Assembly (NCBI GenBank): GCA_965207895.1
Contig: CBDBNN010000003.1
Span: 1,111,268-1,175,267, forward strand
Source of the DNA: Dehalococcoidia bacterium
GTDB lineage: Bacteria; Chloroflexota; Dehalococcoidia; UBA6926
DNA length: 64,000 nucleotides
Direction of reading: 5' to 3'
Notes under the pieces: model-generated
Seen by the model: the letters and a program-made list of their open reading frames with translations, nothing else
Database searches by the model: none
What the model was told of the DNA's origin: nothing
Part shown: in pieces, positions 60,679-64,000 of the stretch
How the letters are laid out: each line of letters opens with the position of its first letter
Position numbering within the stretch: position 1 is the first letter of the stretch
Translations under genes and position numbers: made by a program

Positions 60679-60890
60679 ATGAACCTCGGAGACTTCATAG
60701 ACACCTATCGCAACGCCGTCGCCCAGCGGGTGATGGCGTCCTACCCGCCGCTGTACCGGCCCCCGCATCAAGTGCGGGACAGGCTCTCGGAGAACGGCGG
60801 CGAGTTGCCCCGCCTGCTCAGGAATCCCTGGGGGCGCAGGCCGACGCCATCAGGGGCGCGGCCCTCTCCCTACAGACCCACCCGGTCAGC
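60679..60890 (+). pseudogene. Truncated, frameshifted N-terminus of a probable mobile-element helicase
   Basis: AGGAGG RBS; MNLGDFIDTYRNAVAQRVMASYPPLY...LPRLLRNP continues in another frame as LGAQADAIRGAALSL, then runs into the convergent gene; helicase call is recall-based. Confidence 0.5.
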
Positions 60891-60925
60891 CGTACGCGGT
60901 GCAGTAAAAAGGCGACATGCCATGG

Positions 60926-61462
60926 TCAGCGTGATTGACGGATTCTTGCCCACATCCAGAGCGTCCCGCCGGCGCCTACCGCCGCCAGCGTGGCCACAAT
61001 CAGGCCCGTCTTCACCAGGGTGAACACGGCGGCCAGCCAGGTCAGCGGAGAAGGCTCACCGTCGTAGCTCAGGGCTAGCGCAGCGATGGTGGTATTCTCC
61101 AGCACGTCCGCAAGGGCGAGGGCCAGCGGCAGCAGGTACAGCGGCGCTCCGCCTCGAAAGAGCCGGAACAGCAGGACGGCGAACAGCAGGCCGTACGAGG
61201 CCGGAAAGAGCATGTCGACGGTGAGCGCGGTGGTCGCATAGACGACCCTTGCGCTGGCGTCGAGCCGGTCCAGGGCGTCGAAGAGGGCCGCCGCCTCTGC
61301 GGGTGTGTACCAGCCTCGACCGTCGAGCAAGTCCAGTCCTCCCAGCCGCGTCTGCCGCCAAGCGAGTCCCGCCACACAACCGACGACGCCATTCAGGGCT
61401 GCGACCGTCATTCGCCAGGTTGCGAATCGCTCCACCATCCTGCCCATCTGCAATGCCTTCAC
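60926..61462 (-). CDS. Membrane protein
   Basis: About 4 TM helices; LLDGRGWYT, DMLFP..Y, ADVLEN. Confidence 0.7.
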   Translation of the reverse strand: MKALQMGRMVERFATWRMTVAALNGVVGCVAGLAWRQTRLGGLDLLDGRGWYTPAEAAALFDALDRLDASARVVYATTALTVDMLFPASYGLLFAVLLFRLFRGGAPLYLLPLALALADVLENTTIAALALSYDGEPSPLTWLAAVFTLVKTGLIVATLAAVGAGGTLWMWARIRQSR

Positions 61463-61520
61463 CTCCGCTAAACCGGGTGTCTCCTCAGGACCTGCCCATC
61501 ACCCGCCCCACGGCCAGCGC

Positions 61521-61554
61521 AAGGGGGGCCTGCGACATTGCCGCAGGCCCCCTT
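61521..61554. terminator. GC-rich hairpin, possible terminator
   Basis: GGGGGCCTGCG-ACATTGC-CGCAGGCCCCC downstream of the Calx-beta fragment; no clear U-tract. Confidence 0.4.
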
Positions 61555-61584
61555 CCGTTCTCTTGCCGGTCCGGCCGGGCCGGA

Positions 61585-61745
61585 CTAGTCGTCGTCCACG
61601 ATCGTCATGGTTCCCACGGCGTCGGGCGGGTAGAGGGTCCCGGGCAGGAACGCCTCCACCACGAAGTACTCGTCCGGCTCCTCATCGTCGTCGTGCTCCA
61701 GCCACACACAACAGCGCCGTCTTTTCCCGGTCTCCCAGGTACACC
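61585..61745 (-). pseudogene. Orphan C-terminal Calx-beta domain fragment
   Basis: WLEHDDDEEPDEYFVV...GTMTIVDDD* parallels the end of the adjacent adhesin, CLEQDTKDEPDEYFTV...IMTIVDDD*. Confidence 0.65.
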
Positions 61746-61985
61746 CCGTCCGTCCATATGTAGGCGTGGCGACACTCGTCGAGGCGACTACCCCGTCATT
61801 CTTGGTACTCAGCCTCCCAACGACTCTTGCAGTCTCACGATCGCTTGCTGGATGCGGTGTATAAGGGTAGTGGCAATCCAGTCTCGGTGGCGGACATGGA
61901 TTGATACGGGAACGACAACGTTGCTTCGCTGCGCCTCTTGGCAATTGCTTAATGGGTGCGCGGAGTGTGCCGACGGCGCTGCCGC

Positions 61986-64000
61986 TTAGTCGTCGTCCAC
62001 TATGGTCATGATTGCCTCTCCGTCACCCAAAGTGGCTCCATCCAGCGAATACTCATCCAGAATCACGGTGAAGTACTCATCCGGCTCATCTTTAGTGTCT
62101 TGTTCCAGGCATATCTCAAATGTTTTGCTGGTCTCTCCAGGAGCGAATACCGCAAGGTCGGTTGCGGACTTGTAATCAAGGCTGGTAGCGCGTTGGTCCG
62201 CACTGGCTAGGGGCAGGGTCAACCACCTTACCGTTACCTCTCTGCCCGATGCTGTGGAGAGGGTTACCTGAAATTCCAGCAGCCCGCCCTCCGTTTCCGA
62301 CCCATCCCCAACGGACACGGTCGGCGAAGCGTCGTCGTCCGCTACGTTGACTGTGGCTGCACCGTGGGAATTGGACAGAGTGTAACCGTCGCCGGATTTC
62401 AGTGTCGCCGTAATCGACCCTTCCAAATCGTCCAGCAAGTCGTCAGTGGTGGCAATGGTGAGGGTCACGCTGCTGCCGGGGGAGACAACGACCGTCTTCG
62501 GCCCCGTGAATGCGTCATAGTCACCGATGGATTCAATGGCTACGTTTACAGAAAGGTCACCTGACGGTGCATCCGGATGCGCCTCACTGGCGCTGATGGT
62601 GAATACGGCGTCTTCACCCTCCGTAATATCTTGACCAGCAGTAATGCTCACTACCGGCTTGGGAAGGTCGTTGTCCAGTACGTTGACCCTGGCTTCGCTT
62701 TGAGAGGCATCCACCTGGTAGTCATCGCCCGCGATCAACGTAGCCGTTACCGAGCCATCGACTTCATCGTTATCATCGTCGGTGGTGGCAATGGTGAGGG
62801 TCACGCTGCCACCGGGAGATACAGTAACCGTCTTTGACCCGGTGAACGCCACATAGTCACCGCTGGTCTCGATGGTCACCTCTACCGAAAGGTCATCTGA
62901 TGGCGCGCCGGGAGGCACCGCGCTCGCCTTGATGGTGAATACGACATCGTCGCCCTCGGTTATATCGCCATCTGCGGTAATGCTCACTACCGGCTTGGGG
63001 AAGTCGTTGTCCCTTATGGACACAGTGGCCGTCTTATCGGAGGGAGACATTTTGTACTCTTTGCCTTCCATCAGGGTCACGGTCAGCGACCCGTCGGGCT
63101 CGTCAACATCGTCATCGGCAGTGGCAACTGAAAAACTGGTTGTGCCACTGGTAGAAACGGTCACCGTTCTTGAACCGGCGGTTGCCCCGTAATCGCCGCT
63201 GGCCCCGACCATTACGCTCACCGGCAGGTTGCCCGTTGGCTTCGGGTTGGCCTTGACAGTGAACTGGGCCGTGCCGCCTTCGACGATATCGCCGTCGGCT
63301 TGGATGCTCACTACCGGGTTGGGGGAGTCGTTGTCTATCACGCTGACCGTAGCTGAACCCATGGAAGCGGACACCTCGTAAGGATCGGGGTAAGGATTGT
63401 ACTCATCGTGCGGATAGATCCTTACTATCAGAATCTCGTTGTCCTCGTCCTCATCATCGTCTTCTACGTACACGTAGTTTGTTATCTCGGTAAGGCTCCA
63501 GATGAATTGCTCGGCTGCTACTCCTATACGTTCTTCCTGGCCATCATGTCTCCTGTAGATACCCATGTAAACCAAGATCTCGGTATCCTCGGTCCTGGGG
63601 CTGGCTTTCAGGGTGTAGGCAAATCTACCCCCTTCACTGACCTGGTCAGGGCTTACAGTTATGCTCACCACCGGCACAACTTTAACCGGCTCCATTTCGT
63701 CGTTGTCCATGATTCTTATGGTGTGTTCCGATTTGTCAGAGGCAATCGAAACGCCAGGCATTCCCGGTCTTGGATTCATGATGGAGAACACCAAAGTCTC
63801 CGTGGGCTCGGCAACCTTGTCGTCTATGGTGTCTATGGTAATGGAATAGCGCTCCATCCCGGCTGGGATGGTCAAGGAGTGCATCGCCACGTAGTCTTCT
63901 CCGGCGACGACGGTGCCGCCTACTACGCAATCCACAGTCACGTCATCCTGGTGAGCTTTGCTCAGGAAAAACGAGACCGTCGCCTGATTCCCCTCCTCTA
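61986..64000 (-). CDS. Calx-beta repeat surface protein/adhesin, 5' end outside the window
   Basis: Repeated PVVSITA..DITEG...TIATTDD..DE.DGS...V.DND units. Confidence 0.88.
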   Translation of the reverse strand, partial: EEGNQATVSFFLSKAHQDDVTVDCVVGGTVVAGEDYVAMHSLTIPAGMERYSITIDTIDDKVAEPTETLVFSIMNPRPGMPGVSIASDKSEHTIRIMDNDEMEPVKVVPVVSITVSPDQVSEGGRFAYTLKASPRTEDTEILVYMGIYRRHDGQEERIGVAAEQFIWSLTEITNYVYVEDDDEDEDNEILIVRIYPHDEYNPYPDPYEVSASMGSATVSVIDNDSPNPVVSIQADGDIVEGGTAQFTVKANPKPTGNLPVSVMVGASGDYGATAGSRTVTVSTSGTTSFSVATADDDVDEPDGSLTVTLMEGKEYKMSPSDKTATVSIRDNDFPKPVVSITADGDITEGDDVVFTIKASAVPPGAPSDDLSVEVTIETSGDYVAFTGSKTVTVSPGGSVTLTIATTDDDNDEVDGSVTATLIAGDDYQVDASQSEARVNVLDNDLPKPVVSITAGQDITEGEDAVFTISASEAHPDAPSGDLSVNVAIESIGDYDAFTGPKTVVVSPGSSVTLTIATTDDLLDDLEGSITATLKSGDGYTLSNSHGAATVNVADDDASPTVSVGDGSETEGGLLEFQVTLSTASGREVTVRWLTLPLASADQRATSLDYKSATDLAVFAPGETSKTFEICLEQDTKDEPDEYFTVILDEYSLDGATLGDGEAIMTIVDDD

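Larger units (their letters stand above)
45600..60900. mobile_element. Two related integrative elements (RHH + large serine recombinase) in inverted orientation, joined at the recombinase 3' ends
   Basis: Mirror order of small ORF, RHH and recombinase, plus shared non-coding motifs on opposite strands; outer boundaries approximate. Confidence 0.7.

Overview
GC-rich bacterial chromosome segment. The gene content, Pro/Thr-rich lipoproteins and recombinase style suggest Chloroflexota/Dehalococcoidia, possibly host-associated; this is inference only. Positions 1-28 kb are mostly core genes: TusA/DsrE sulfur carriers, acnA, fabF, folC, alaS, ruvX, aroE-aroC-aroKB, rnpB and PrkA. This part also holds PIN toxin-antitoxin pairs and a divergent selenoprotein glycine/sarcosine/betaine-reductase-like cluster (grdC-grdA[Sec]-glutaredoxin and grdE-grdB[Sec]) with non-canonical active-site motifs. 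From ~28.3 kb the window is an accessory island that starts at a degenerate tRNA-Val(CAC). Cargo modules (M16 peptidase; ferritin plus DtxR; NHL surface protein; TA plus R-M) are separated by repeated att-like half-sites (GG-N13-ATACTGCGAAC). The mirror arm of this site lies inside the 3' end of a large serine recombinase gene. Two related RHH + serine-recombinase elements are joined in convergent orientation exactly at that site. One element carries a Replic_Relax-type protein. The other carries a four-unit array of long non-coding repeats and a 4xHTH protein. The window ends inside a Calx-beta adhesin gene.
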